This document shows, one piece after another, positions 7,895 to 17,430 of a stretch of DNA of 64,000 bases (position 1 is its first letter; each line of letters begins with the position of its first letter). Location: positions 4,300 through 68,299 of the forward strand of contig JBFLYM010000002.1 in NCBI GenBank assembly GCA_040757035.1. Direction: 5' to 3'. A program made the translations under genes and the position numbers. This DNA is from Candidatus Micrarchaeota archaeon (GTDB lineage: Archaea > Micrarchaeota > Micrarchaeia > Anstonellales > Bilamarchaeaceae). The notes under the pieces are model-generated. The model did not search any database. It was not told the DNA's origin and was given only the letters and a program-made list of their open reading frames with translations.

Positions 7895-9787
7895 TTATTC
7901 ACTCGCTTTATTTCGCTCTATTTTTTGTTGTGTAGAAAAAATTTGTTGTGTAGAAAAATAATCATATTCAAAATCATCCATTATATGAATTTCTTTTTTT
8001 CCTTTCCAATTTTTTTCCTTAAGCCTTTTTACTTCAGCAACGATTTCTTCTGCAAAAAATTGCCGCGCATTATATTTGAGAAACTTGAAATTTGGTTTTA
8101 ATCCAGTATATTCCTTGAGGATACCTGCGAACTGCGCAGTCCTATTGTTTTCGATCATTATCGTCTTATTGAAAGCGCGAAATATTTTTTTGAGCTTTTT
8201 TGCGTTCAATGGAAATACGTAAATAAAATGAAGCGCGTTTGCTTTTATTCCATCTTTTGCGAGAAGGTTTATCGCATCCAAAACAATTCCCTTGTGCGAA
8301 CCCCAGCATATAAGCGTGATTTCTGCGTTAGGCATCCCATAAAGCTTTGGCACGAACAACTCAATTTCATTCTTAATTATATAATCAAGCTTGCGCATCC
8401 TTTTGTTTGCAAGCGCTGCGCGCGTTCCAAAGTGTTCTGTGCTGTAGCCGGTTTCATCGTGCTCATAAGAACTCGCAACATGTATTCCTCCTTTAACTCC
8501 TGGAATCGGGCGTGGCGAAACTCCATCCTTTGTAATCAGATATCTCTTGTATCGTGTCAAAAGGGGTAACTGAGGTAAATCTCCTCTATCACCTCTATCT
8601 TCGCTAATTATTCTACCGCGTTCAATTTTTATCTCATTTATGTTAAATTTCTCGCAGGAAAAATAAGTTTCTGAAAGATATTTATCGCTCAAAACAATTA
8701 CAGGAATTTGGTATTTTTCGGCTATATTGAGCGCGTTTGCGCTATGGATAAACGCCTCGGAAACATCTCCAGGCGCAACAATAACACGGGGAAATTCGCC
8801 TTGGCTTGCGTTTAGTGCAAACTTCAAATCTGCTTGCTCTGTCCATGTTGGCATTCCGGTGCTTGGGCCGGTCCGCTGTGCAAGAAAAACAGTAATCGGG
8901 GTTTCTGTCATTGCGGTCATTCCTATTGCTTCAACCATAAGCGAAAAACCGCCTCCGCTTGTTCCTGTTGCTGCTCTTACTCCTGCGTAACTCGCGCCGG
9001 CTGCATAAAGCACCGCAGCGATTTCATCTTCAGTTTGCTTTATCAAAATGTCAAAATCAAGTTCTTTTTGCGTAAGGTAATGCATTATGCCTGAAGAAGG
9101 CGTCATTGGGTAAACGGAATAAAACTTTAGTCCACCTGCCGCGGCTCCGAGCGCAAGCGCTTCGTTTCCTGTGATTATCATTTTCATTGCATCGCTCTTT
9201 TTTGAAATTTTGTACTGGAACGCGTTTAGTTCTGCACTATAATTTTCCAATATGTATCTATATCCAGCGTGAGCGATTTTTATATTTTGGTTTATTGTTT
9301 CCTGTCCTTTTTTTGCAAATGTTTCTGCGAGAACTTTTTCCAGCATGCCAATATCATAACCAATTATTGCGATGCTCGCTCCAAGTGCAACTGTATTGAT
9401 CATAATTACGCTACCGCGATTATCTGTAGCGAGTTTAAGTAGCGGAACATTGAACAATTTTATATCTTCGCGCAATTCTCCTGATTCTATTTTTGTTGTA
9501 TTCCCATCGTAAATCATTGCGCCATTCTGAGCAATCTGATCTTTAAGAAAATCTACGCTTGTTTTGTTCAGGCAAATTACCAGATGATTATTTATACATG
9601 GTGAGTGCGCTTCGCTGTCGCTTATTCTTATTTGAAACGTGTTTTCGCCCCCGCGCACAAGAGAAGGATATTCTGGATAACCAATAACATTGAATCCACC
9701 TCTTGTAAATATTTTGCTTAGAATCAGTCCAGAGGCCATTATGCCCATACCGGCTTCGCCGCCAATTTTCAATACAAATTCTACCAT
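7895..9787 (-). CDS. korA: 2-oxoacid:ferredoxin oxidoreductase, fused gamma-alpha subunit
   Basis: 630 aa with a GGEAGMGIMASG N-terminal gamma-like domain and alpha domains, as in two-subunit archaeal OFORs. C-terminus carries the in-frame duplication FSTQQIFSTQQ. Confidence 0.85.
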   Translation of the reverse strand: MVEFVLKIGGEAGMGIMASGLILSKIFTRGGFNVIGYPEYPSLVRGGENTFQIRISDSEAHSPCINNHLVICLNKTSVDFLKDQIAQNGAMIYDGNTTKIESGELREDIKLFNVPLLKLATDNRGSVIMINTVALGASIAIIGYDIGMLEKVLAETFAKKGQETINQNIKIAHAGYRYILENYSAELNAFQYKISKKSDAMKMIITGNEALALGAAAGGLKFYSVYPMTPSSGIMHYLTQKELDFDILIKQTEDEIAAVLYAAGASYAGVRAATGTSGGGFSLMVEAIGMTAMTETPITVFLAQRTGPSTGMPTWTEQADLKFALNASQGEFPRVIVAPGDVSEAFIHSANALNIAEKYQIPVIVLSDKYLSETYFSCEKFNINEIKIERGRIISEDRGDRGDLPQLPLLTRYKRYLITKDGVSPRPIPGVKGGIHVASSYEHDETGYSTEHFGTRAALANKRMRKLDYIIKNEIELFVPKLYGMPNAEITLICWGSHKGIVLDAINLLAKDGIKANALHFIYVFPLNAKKLKKIFRAFNKTIMIENNRTAQFAGILKEYTGLKPNFKFLKYNARQFFAEEIVAEVKRLKEKNWKGKKEIHIMDDFEYDYFSTQQIFSTQQKIERNKASE

Positions 9788-10085
9788 AATTTACATCTGT
9801 AATTCAATCATTCGTAACTTAATCATTCGTAATTAAGTTTGGTAATTAAGTTTGATCATTCGGTGATCACCCGGACAAACTAAAAATGATAGAAAACTTA
9901 ATATAACCTTACCTAAAAATATTTCGGCATTTGGCGAACTGCAACTAATCTTCCTTGAACTGCAGACCTAAATTTCCTTATCTTGAATCATACCGTTGGT
10001 GTGATGAGCTTAGATCGCATTCGCCGCATTTCGGCGCTCAGTAAAACGTAACATTTAAATATATTTTGTTACGTTATAATGTAAC

Positions 10086-11381
10086 ATGGGTATAGACAAA
10101 TTAAACGAATGGAATCCATGGTGGGAGAATAGAGAATCCTTATCTGAATTTACAGGCAAATCAAGGCCAGCATATCTTCAAATACTCAATTCTATAGACA
10201 TAAAGGAAATAACTATATTAACTGGTGTAAGAAGATCTGGAAAAAGTACGTTGATGTATCAGATGATTGATAATTTGCTAAAACAGGGAATTGATTCAAA
10301 ACAGATAGTTTTCGTAAATTTAGAAGATAAAAAACTTTCGAAAGATAGTTTGGATGATATTTACATAGCTTATAGAAAAGAACTCAATCCTGATAGAAAG
10401 GCGTATATTTTTTTTGATGAGATTCATAAGAAAAAGGATTGGGAGTTCTGGATAAGAAAAAAGTATGATTTAAAAACAAATGATAAATTCGTTATTTCCG
10501 GCTCTTGTTCTTATTTATTAAAAAAAGAATACTCTACTTTATTAACTGGGAGGAATATTTCTTATGAAATATTTCCTTTAAGTTTTGAAGAATTTTTATT
10601 GTTTAAAGGCATAGAGATCAATAAAGACAATTTGAAAAAAGGCATAATGATCGAAAAAACAAGATTCTTAATTCTTAAATTTCTTGATGAATACCTAGAT
10701 TTTGGCGGCTTTCCAGAGGTTTTTTTTAAACCAATAAATTTCAAAATAAAACTTTCGGAACAATATTTTGATGATATCCTCTATAAAGACATAATAGATA
10801 GATATAATCCAAATAGTCAAAAAACAAAGGATTTTGCATTATTTTTGATGACTAATTTTACGAGTTTGATTTCGTTAAGAAACATAAGAAATGCGCTTGG
10901 TATATCATATGACTCAATAAAGGATTATTTATCATATTACAAAGAAGCATTTTTATTTTTTATATTGAATCATTTTTCCTATTCCTTCAAAGAACAAAAA
11001 ACTTTGCCGTCCAAGATTTATTGTATAGACAATGGGTTAAGAAATGCCGTTAGCTTCAAATTTTCCAAAGACAAAGGAAAACTCGCAGAGAATGTTGTTT
11101 TTATTGAGTTAAGAAGACGAGGAAAAGATATTTATTATTGGAGAAATAAGGGTGAAATAGACTTTATAATAAAGAACAAGGATCAAACACTGACCGCCAT
11201 AAATGTTTCGTATACCGATGAGATTCCGGAAAGAGAAGTATTCTCATTAAAAGAATTTGAATCAGAATATAAAAACAAAGTGAAGGAACTCGTTTTGATA
11301 ACCGAAAGCATGGAAAAGGAAGAGGAAGGAATTAGGTTTGTTTCCCTATGGAAATGGTTGTTAGGGATGTTAGAAGAGTAA
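10086..11381 (+). CDS. AAA+ ATPase, COG1373 type (AAA_14 + DUF4143), paralog 2
   Basis: GVRRSGKST Walker A and FFDEIH Walker B. C-terminal GEIDFIIKNK (ExDxxxK). Ends SLWKWLLGMLEE. Confidence 0.75.
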   Translation: MGIDKLNEWNPWWENRESLSEFTGKSRPAYLQILNSIDIKEITILTGVRRSGKSTLMYQMIDNLLKQGIDSKQIVFVNLEDKKLSKDSLDDIYIAYRKELNPDRKAYIFFDEIHKKKDWEFWIRKKYDLKTNDKFVISGSCSYLLKKEYSTLLTGRNISYEIFPLSFEEFLLFKGIEINKDNLKKGIMIEKTRFLILKFLDEYLDFGGFPEVFFKPINFKIKLSEQYFDDILYKDIIDRYNPNSQKTKDFALFLMTNFTSLISLRNIRNALGISYDSIKDYLSYYKEAFLFFILNHFSYSFKEQKTLPSKIYCIDNGLRNAVSFKFSKDKGKLAENVVFIELRRRGKDIYYWRNKGEIDFIIKNKDQTLTAINVSYTDEIPEREVFSLKEFESEYKNKVKELVLITESMEKEEEGIRFVSLWKWLLGMLEE

Positions 11382-11402
11382 TTATATTATACGTTTGAGT
11401 AA

Positions 11403-12806
11403 TTATATCTTACTTTTCTTACTTTTGCCATGTTTTTTGTCATGTTTTTTCATCCATAAAATAAAATTTCCAAAGTCATGAGCCAATCCTTGGAATGGAT
11501 AAATCGTAACAATTTTTGCTATGAGTCTGCCAGTTGTTGCTTTTTTCAAAGGACGTACGATCTCTTTGGTGTTTGAAACAACGAAAAAACCAGTGATCAA
11601 TCTTGTCAATGCAATAATCAAAAAGAATATGTGAAAACTGAGAACGGCATTTCCCCCAAGAAACCCAAGAATCGCTCCGCCGAAAATTATTCCTGCAAAT
11701 GTTCCTGTACCACGAGAAAGAGAGAAATCTCCCATCGCGCTTACCCTTGAACGGACGGGTGTAATCTCGTAAAGGTAATTATATACCGTTGCGGATATAC
11801 CGCTCCAAATTATTCCGCTGTATGCTTCGGCAAGGAGAGATTGGACAAAATTGGAAACAAAAATCCAAGGCAATATCATTGTAAAGGAAAGCATACTTAC
11901 AGCGTTCAAGACCTTTTTAGTGCCGTATTTTTCTATCAATCTGCCCCAGTGTGGGGAAGCCAACGCGTAGCTTATTGTCCACAACGCTATTGTAAGTGAA
12001 AATTGGAAATAATCAAATTTAAGCATGTTGAACTTATATATTATTATGTACGGCGCAACCATATTGACTGAAAAGAAAACAAGAAAAATACAAACCAAAT
12101 ATTTCGTAAAATCGTTTCCGAGTTTGGATTTTGATTCTGCTTTTGGATTTGGGTCCCAATAAAGAGTAAGATAATAAGCACTAATGCTCCGAGTAACGAA
12201 TGCAATGAAAAAAAGCGTTCCGAAACCAAAGAATATGTTTGTTTTTGTGTAATCCAGAAAAATCCCTGCCAAAACAAGGGCAGCCAATCCTGCAAGATTC
12301 CACATTCTGTCCCTATAACCAAGCCAGCTCGCTCTTGTTTTTTCATGAACAACATCGCCTATAATTGCGAACCATGCTGGATTTACAACACCGCCAAAAA
12401 AATATATTGCAATTACAAGCAATATAAACGCAGTATTCGCAAAATCCTTAGAGAGTAAATTAAATTGGAACGCGAGCATCGCCACTCCGAACCATGTCAA
12501 AGCTTGTAGCGCAACTCCATAAATCAATATTTTTTTTCTTTCCCATCCAAAATCTGTGAAAAACGAGCCGATTTTCTGCGCAATGCCATCAAAAAGTGCA
12601 GGAAAAGAACCGAGCGCGGTTATGAAAAAAAGCGGAGCTTTGATTGCAATTGCAAACGGTGTCAGAAATACTGTGCCCGTATTCATCATTATTGCCCATA
12701 CTACTCCGTCTAGCGTGGAATAATGCATTGTTTTTTCTATTTTTTCTTTAACATTTTTTTCTTTAGCATTCATAATTATATCCTTGTCCAAATTATACCG
12801 ATCCAC
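11403..12806 (-). CDS. MFS transporter
   Basis: About 12 predicted TM helices and the GxxxDRxGRR-like loop (GYRDRMWN). Confidence 0.65.
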   Translation of the reverse strand: MDRYNLDKDIIMNAKEKNVKEKIEKTMHYSTLDGVVWAIMMNTGTVFLTPFAIAIKAPLFFITALGSFPALFDGIAQKIGSFFTDFGWERKKILIYGVALQALTWFGVAMLAFQFNLLSKDFANTAFILLVIAIYFFGGVVNPAWFAIIGDVVHEKTRASWLGYRDRMWNLAGLAALVLAGIFLDYTKTNIFFGFGTLFFIAFVTRSISAYYLTLYWDPNPKAESKSKLGNDFTKYLVCIFLVFFSVNMVAPYIIIYKFNMLKFDYFQFSLTIALWTISYALASPHWGRLIEKYGTKKVLNAVSMLSFTMILPWIFVSNFVQSLLAEAYSGIIWSGISATVYNYLYEITPVRSRVSAMGDFSLSRGTGTFAGIIFGGAILGFLGGNAVLSFHIFFLIIALTRLITGFFVVSNTKEIVRPLKKATTGRLIAKIVTIYPFQGLAHDFGNFILWMKKHDKKHGKSKKSKI

Positions 12807-12891
12807 TAAAAAAACGTGGATCGCATATACTCAACCAATCGAGATAAAACCTAAAAAACAAAACCGGAAAAACTTAGTTGGTTGAGTATAT
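12794..12891. repeat. 98-bp nested-hairpin repeat, copy B (family R1, opposite orientation to copy A)
   Basis: Reverse complement differs from 3261-3358 at one base. Confidence 0.9.
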
Positions 12892-12929
12892 CATCTGGAT
12901 AGTGTATTGGTGTACAAGCGCATCCAAAA

Positions 12930-13598
12930 TTATTTTATTCTAATAAATATCTCTCCAAAAAAATCATCTTGTCTTAGATCTATTATTTTTTTTTGCGAAA
13001 GATGGAGAAGCGGCATTAGAGTGTTCACTATTTCATTTGCATCTCTATTTTCTAGTAATCCTGAAAATGTCGCCCATCCTTCGCTATCCGCTTTTTGTTT
13101 TAAGCACAGAAAAACGCTACTCATGCGTTCTTCTATATCAAATCTTGGAATTGCAATAGTTATTATCTCTTCTATTTTTTTAGGCTTGGGTTCAACAGGA
13201 TTATCATAAGCAATTATTCGTTCCATTTCTTTTAGCAGATCTTCAAGCGCTATTGGAGCTTTTGGTGGTATGCGCGAAACAAGCTCTAATTTCGGTATTT
13301 CTTCGCACGCGCCCAATGTTCCAGATTCTTCAGCATGAACATCTTGTATTGGTAATTCTTCAGCTATTTTGAGTGCGTTGCTTTTATACTTTAGAAGGAT
13401 TGCGGCAGCGAGTATGAGATTTGCTGGAACATACAATTCAAGCGTTTTCATTTTTTTTAGATTACGAAGAAAACTATCTGCCAACAGCGTTATATCTATA
13501 TTCCAGGGATCAAGCCGTTCACTAGCCATCATCTCCATTAGCATTTCTTTCCACATTGGTTTAAGAATCATCTTTTCTATATTTTCTTCTGCAGACAT
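12930..13598 (-). CDS. scpA: segregation and condensation protein A (kleisin ScpA)
   Basis: N-terminal LDPWNIDITLLADSFL resembles the ScpA 'DIYDIPIAEITDQYL' helix. Length about 220 aa. Confidence 0.55.
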   Translation of the reverse strand: MSAEENIEKMILKPMWKEMLMEMMASERLDPWNIDITLLADSFLRNLKKMKTLELYVPANLILAAAILLKYKSNALKIAEELPIQDVHAEESGTLGACEEIPKLELVSRIPPKAPIALEDLLKEMERIIAYDNPVEPKPKKIEEIITIAIPRFDIEERMSSVFLCLKQKADSEGWATFSGLLENRDANEIVNTLMPLLHLSQKKIIDLRQDDFFGEIFIRIK

Positions 13599-13715
13599 AG
13601 TTGAATTTTAAAATATTCCTTTTATAATCATTATGTAAAATTATTTTATGTGTAAAATCATTTCATGAAGGTAACACGATAGCATAATTAACTAAGTAGA
13701 TAAGCGGGTGACGAT

Positions 13716-14819
13716 GTGAACATGCTAGAATCAAAACTCTTTGATGCGTCAGAACAACTATCAAAGGTGTTCAACGAAATATTGCGAACAGGAACTGCTG
13801 TTTTTATTACAAAAAACAACATACTTTTCGGCCTTATAGACGATAGAAACATGCGAATTGGAATAGCAAATGCGAGTAAAATGAAATGCGAGAATGCGTG
13901 TGTAAAATGCCCTGCGATAGCCGAAAACGCCTCAATTTTGGAATGCATTAACGCATTTCTTTCTGGACATTTCAAAGCACTTCCTGTTTTGAACGCAAAG
14001 AAAAAAATAGTAAATGCAATATCGCGCGTAGATGTTTTAAAAGAACTCAGTGCAAAAAGACTGATTCCGCGTGCGCAGATTTGCAGATATATGAACGCTC
14101 CGGTTTGCACTATAGAAACAGAACAAAGTGTTGCGGATGCGAAATCCAAAATGAAGAAATTTAGAGTACATCATTTAGTTGTAACTCAGAAAGGTAACAT
14201 AGTTGGGATTATTTCAACTTTTGATTTTGTGGGTCTTTTCGCAACACGAAAAGAAAGACAGTCTTACCAGCTAATAAGCGAAATAAAGAATTTTGATTCA
14301 AAAAAAATTAATGAGATTTACAGAGAAAATTTTGTTACTTTGGATGAAAACGCGACACTTGATGAAGCGGTACTAAAAATGATAGATGAGGATACTTCTT
14401 CAATAATAATTGTCGCCAATAAAAAACCTGTTGGCGTACTTACAGCCATGGATATATTCAAACTTGTGCGCAAACTTTGCGCTGAAGAAAGAGATATATC
14501 TATAAATGGCTTAGATAATACCGATGTCGAAGTACGCGTGCATTACGATAAAATAAAACAATATATAATTAATACTATAAATAAATTTGATAGATCATTT
14601 AAAATAGAGAATATCGCAATCCACATGAAAAAAGGAAAGGGCAGATACGAAGCACGCGCGCAGTTTTATCTTAACAATAAACAAATCGCGTTCAAGTGCG
14701 AAGCTTATAGTTTAGGTGAGATTGCATCAACGCTTTCAAGCGAATTTAAAACAATATTGGAAAAGAGAAAGAGCGAAAAAATGGAGAAAAAAAAGCGCTC
14801 GCCTGTAGAAGACCGATAA
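13716..14819 (+). CDS. CBS-domain (4 CBS motifs) protein fused to a C-terminal HPF/RaiA (S30AE)-like domain
   Basis: Four CBS-like segments in residues 1-270. The last ~95 aa (VEVRVHYDKIKQYIINTINKFDRSF...AFKCEAYSLGEIASTLSSEFKTILEKRKSE) align in order with the HPF beta-alpha-beta-beta-beta-alpha pattern (…A.AEG.DMY.AID..DKLARQL.K). Confidence 0.55.
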   Translation: MNMLESKLFDASEQLSKVFNEILRTGTAVFITKNNILFGLIDDRNMRIGIANASKMKCENACVKCPAIAENASILECINAFLSGHFKALPVLNAKKKIVNAISRVDVLKELSAKRLIPRAQICRYMNAPVCTIETEQSVADAKSKMKKFRVHHLVVTQKGNIVGIISTFDFVGLFATRKERQSYQLISEIKNFDSKKINEIYRENFVTLDENATLDEAVLKMIDEDTSSIIIVANKKPVGVLTAMDIFKLVRKLCAEERDISINGLDNTDVEVRVHYDKIKQYIINTINKFDRSFKIENIAIHMKKGKGRYEARAQFYLNNKQIAFKCEAYSLGEIASTLSSEFKTILEKRKSEKMEKKKRSPVEDR

Positions 14820-14866
14820 AAATATTCGGTCCTCTGAAAAACGTGGATCGCATATGGGGTAATTTC

Positions 14867-15283
14867 ATGAAAAAAGGACAGATTAGTATGGAATTGCTTA
14901 TCATAGTTGGATTTGTAATGCTACTTTTCATTCCGCTTATTCTCATCGTATCTCATAAAACAAATGAAATGGATGTTGATATGAAAGCAAGTCAAAGTCA
15001 TCTTATTTTATCTAAATTCACGTATATTGCTAATTCGCTAGGTTCAATGGGCGAAGGCAGTGCACTCAAGTTTGAACTTACGCTTCCAGAACAGGTAAAA
15101 ACGCTTCATTTTAGAGCACTTGGAGATGGAGGAGAGGTGATGCTTACAACGAACGATGGAAGTCAAATCTCTCAAATTACGCGATTTCCATTTAATAGTA
15201 CACAAAATTATTCTGGAGGTACAGCCTATAAATTTGAATTTCTTTCTCAAAATGGATATATTGTCATCTCGCTTTCGCAGTAA
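14867..15283 (+). CDS. type IV pilin-like protein (class III signal peptide)
   Basis: MKKGQ|ISMELLIIVGFVMLLFIPL is a K/R-G-Q cleavage motif followed by a hydrophobic helix. ORF opens at 14843 but the start is probably 14867. Confidence 0.6.
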   Translation: MKKGQISMELLIIVGFVMLLFIPLILIVSHKTNEMDVDMKASQSHLILSKFTYIANSLGSMGEGSALKFELTLPEQVKTLHFRALGDGGEVMLTTNDGSQISQITRFPFNSTQNYSGGTAYKFEFLSQNGYIVISLSQ

Positions 15284-15330
15284 ACAAATAAACAAAAACC
15301 TTATTAATTTTTCATACAAATAAAATCCTT

Positions 15331-15849
15331 ATGCTTACTTATTCTGAATTGCGTGAAATACAAAAAAAAGAGATTGAATCGTTTGAACTAGTGAAAGTTG
15401 AAAAGGATTTTTACTCCCAGCTTAAATTGTTTATAGAGTCTAAAAAAGCATGCGCACTCAAAAACCAATCATTTGATGAAATGCGAGAATTTGAAAACGC
15501 GAAGAAGATCGTGCGAAGTATAATAACAAAAAGAAGAGAAAAAATTTCAATGCTTTTCACGCTCCAAAACCAAGAAATAGAAGGGCTTGCAAACGAAGAA
15601 CGACTGTTTTTAGCCCAAATAAGAAAAATTGCTAGCGAATCTTTTGAACAATTTGATTCATTGTTTTTAGAACCAAAAAACGAAATCCTGCGTAGGACAA
15701 GAATAAAAATTGTTAAAACATTAGAAGCTTATAAAGGTTTTGATAACAATATATATGGACCGTACAAAGAAGGTGAGGAAATTTTTCTTCCAGAAGAAGA
15801 AGCCGAATGGCTCTTGAAAAACAAAATGGCTGAGCATATTAGTAATTAG
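15331..15849 (+). CDS. hypothetical protein, possible GINS subunit (Gins51/Gins15-like)
   Basis: N-terminal L..EL....E...L.....DFY..L..FI pattern resembles archaeal GINS A-domains. This is weak. Confidence 0.3.
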   Translation: MLTYSELREIQKKEIESFELVKVEKDFYSQLKLFIESKKACALKNQSFDEMREFENAKKIVRSIITKRREKISMLFTLQNQEIEGLANEERLFLAQIRKIASESFEQFDSLFLEPKNEILRRTRIKIVKTLEAYKGFDNNIYGPYKEGEEIFLPEEEAEWLLKNKMAEHISN

Positions 15850-15959
15850 ATAATCTTTAGATAATTAATAGAAAATCATATTGCTATAATTGATAATGCT
15901 ATAATTGATAAATTCCTGTGGTCTAAAGGTTAAAGGTCTGGAAATTTAGGTGATATAAA

Positions 15960-16241
15960 ATGAAATATCCAAAGGAAATTAATACCTATTGCCCAAATTG
16001 TAATTCGCACCAACTGCATAAAGTTAAAATGGCGAGCAAAGGACGCACCAGAACTATGGCAGTTGGAAACAGAAAACATGAAAAAAGATTGCACGGTCAC
16101 GGCGGTAAACGCGCTGGTGAAAAAACAGTAAAAAAACAAGGAAAACGACAAAAAGTGATAATTGAATGCCAAACTTGCAAAAAAAAGCATGAGCGTGTGA
16201 TCCGTGGGAGAACAAAAAAAAAGTTGGAAATAAAAGCGTGA
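15960..16241 (+). CDS. rpl44e: 50S ribosomal protein L44e (eL42)
   Basis: CPNC...CQTC zinc-ribbon motif, very basic 93-aa protein and conserved operon position. Confidence 0.9.
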   Translation: MKYPKEINTYCPNCNSHQLHKVKMASKGRTRTMAVGNRKHEKRLHGHGGKRAGEKTVKKQGKRQKVIIECQTCKKKHERVIRGRTKKKLEIKA

Positions 16242-16294
16242 TTAATAAGAAGAATAGTTAATAAGAAAAGTAATTACTAAAAAAGGATGACAAT

Positions 16295-16456
16295 ATGGCA
16301 AAATTTATAGTTATAAAATGCGAATGCGGAAACGAACAAAAAGTTTTTAGTACTCCGTCAACGAATGTTAAATGCAGAGTGTGCAATAAAATAATTGCAA
16401 TCGCAACTGGAGGAAAAGCAGCGTTTTTGGGAAAACGAATAAGAAGCGCAGAATAG
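16295..16456 (+). CDS. rps27e: 30S ribosomal protein S27e (eS27)
   Basis: 53-aa ORF MAKFIVIKCECGNEQKVFSTPSTNVKCRVCNKIIAIATGGKAAFLGKRIRSAE with C4 zinc finger. Below the ORF-track length cutoff. Confidence 0.85.
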   Translation: MAKFIVIKCECGNEQKVFSTPSTNVKCRVCNKIIAIATGGKAAFLGKRIRSAE

Positions 16457-16468
16457 CAGGAAATATTC

Positions 16469-17233
16469 ATGGAACCCACAACACTTCCCGAGGAAAGCGA
16501 ATTTGTGCTTGCAACCATAAAAAAAATAATGCCATACGGCGCACTTTGCGTCCTTCCTGAATACAAAAATGCCGAAGCGTTCTGTCATGTATCAGAAGTT
16601 GCTTCGCGCTGGATAAAAAATATTCATGAATTCATTTCTGAGAATGATAAAATAGTTGTAAAGGTTTTGCGTGTTGACCGCGAAAAAAGGCAGATTGATG
16701 TTTCAATCAGGCGCGTTAATGAAGAAGAAAAACGAAACAAGCTTGAATCAGTAAAAAGAGCGGCACGAGCGGAAAAATTGCTTCAGTTTGCACTTAGTAA
16801 ATCCAAATGTCAATTAAACCTAAATGAGATAGTATCAAAACTCGAGGATGTTTATGGCGAAGCATACTCAGCGCTTGAAAATGCGCTTGAAAATGATGAC
16901 GCCTTTGCAAAAATACAAATTCCTAATACGCTTAAGAAGGAGATTATAGACGTTGTACGAAAAAGCATAAAAAAAGCAAAAATTTTTGTAAGCGCCAAAT
17001 TTAATTTAAAGTGCTTCGGCGCTAATGGAGTAAACAGTATAAAAAAAGCACTAACAATAGACAAATCCGATGCGAATGATGTGCATATACTTTATATGGG
17101 CGCTCCGAATTATAAAATAGTGGTTTCTGCGTCAGAATATAAAGATGCAAATAAAAAGTTGGAGAAGATACTGGAAAAAATTAGCTCTTCATTGGATAAG
17201 GATTGCATATTTGAATATAGACTTGAAAAATAG
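16469..17233 (+). CDS. eif2a: translation initiation factor 2 alpha subunit (aIF2-alpha)
   Basis: N-terminal S1 domain (GALCVLPEYKNAEAFCHVSEVAS), length and operon context between S27e and Nop10. Confidence 0.85.
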   Translation: MEPTTLPEESEFVLATIKKIMPYGALCVLPEYKNAEAFCHVSEVASRWIKNIHEFISENDKIVVKVLRVDREKRQIDVSIRRVNEEEKRNKLESVKRAARAEKLLQFALSKSKCQLNLNEIVSKLEDVYGEAYSALENALENDDAFAKIQIPNTLKKEIIDVVRKSIKKAKIFVSAKFNLKCFGANGVNSIKKALTIDKSDANDVHILYMGAPNYKIVVSASEYKDANKKLEKILEKISSSLDKDCIFEYRLEK

Positions 17234-17277
17234 ATTTGAAAAGTAAAAAATGCTACGGAGAATAGGAAAGAATATAA

Positions 17278-17430
17278 ATGAAAAAAATGCGCAAATGTGG
17301 TATATGCAAGGTATATACATTTAAGGAATTACATTGCAATTCCTTAACGGCTTCGGCACATCCAGTGCGTTTCAATCCAAATGAAAGATACGCGGAACAG
17401 CGAAGAAAAACAAAAAACCTTGGTGGATGA
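17278..17430 (+). CDS. nop10: H/ACA ribonucleoprotein complex subunit Nop10
   Basis: 50-aa ORF MKKMRKCGICKVYTFKELHC...AHPVRFNPNERY matching the Nop10 zinc-ribbon and AHPxRFSP motif. Not in the ORF track (<60 aa). Confidence 0.85.
   Translation: MKKMRKCGICKVYTFKELHCNSLTASAHPVRFNPNERYAEQRRKTKNLGG

Noticed and set aside
9787-10085. tRNA or regulatory RNA in the korA / ATPase divergent intergenic region
   Set aside because: Only short direct repeats and a 9-bp hairpin (aacgtaaca/tgttacgtt) flank a TATA-like loop. That fits a promoter or operator region better than an RNA gene.
13688-14149. Antisense ORFs inside well-supported genes, with the same type at 26713-27426, 34658-35083, 35133-35627 and 36009-36344
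   Set aside because: They lie opposite genes with strong family signatures and consist of low-complexity translated antisense. They are treated as non-coding.
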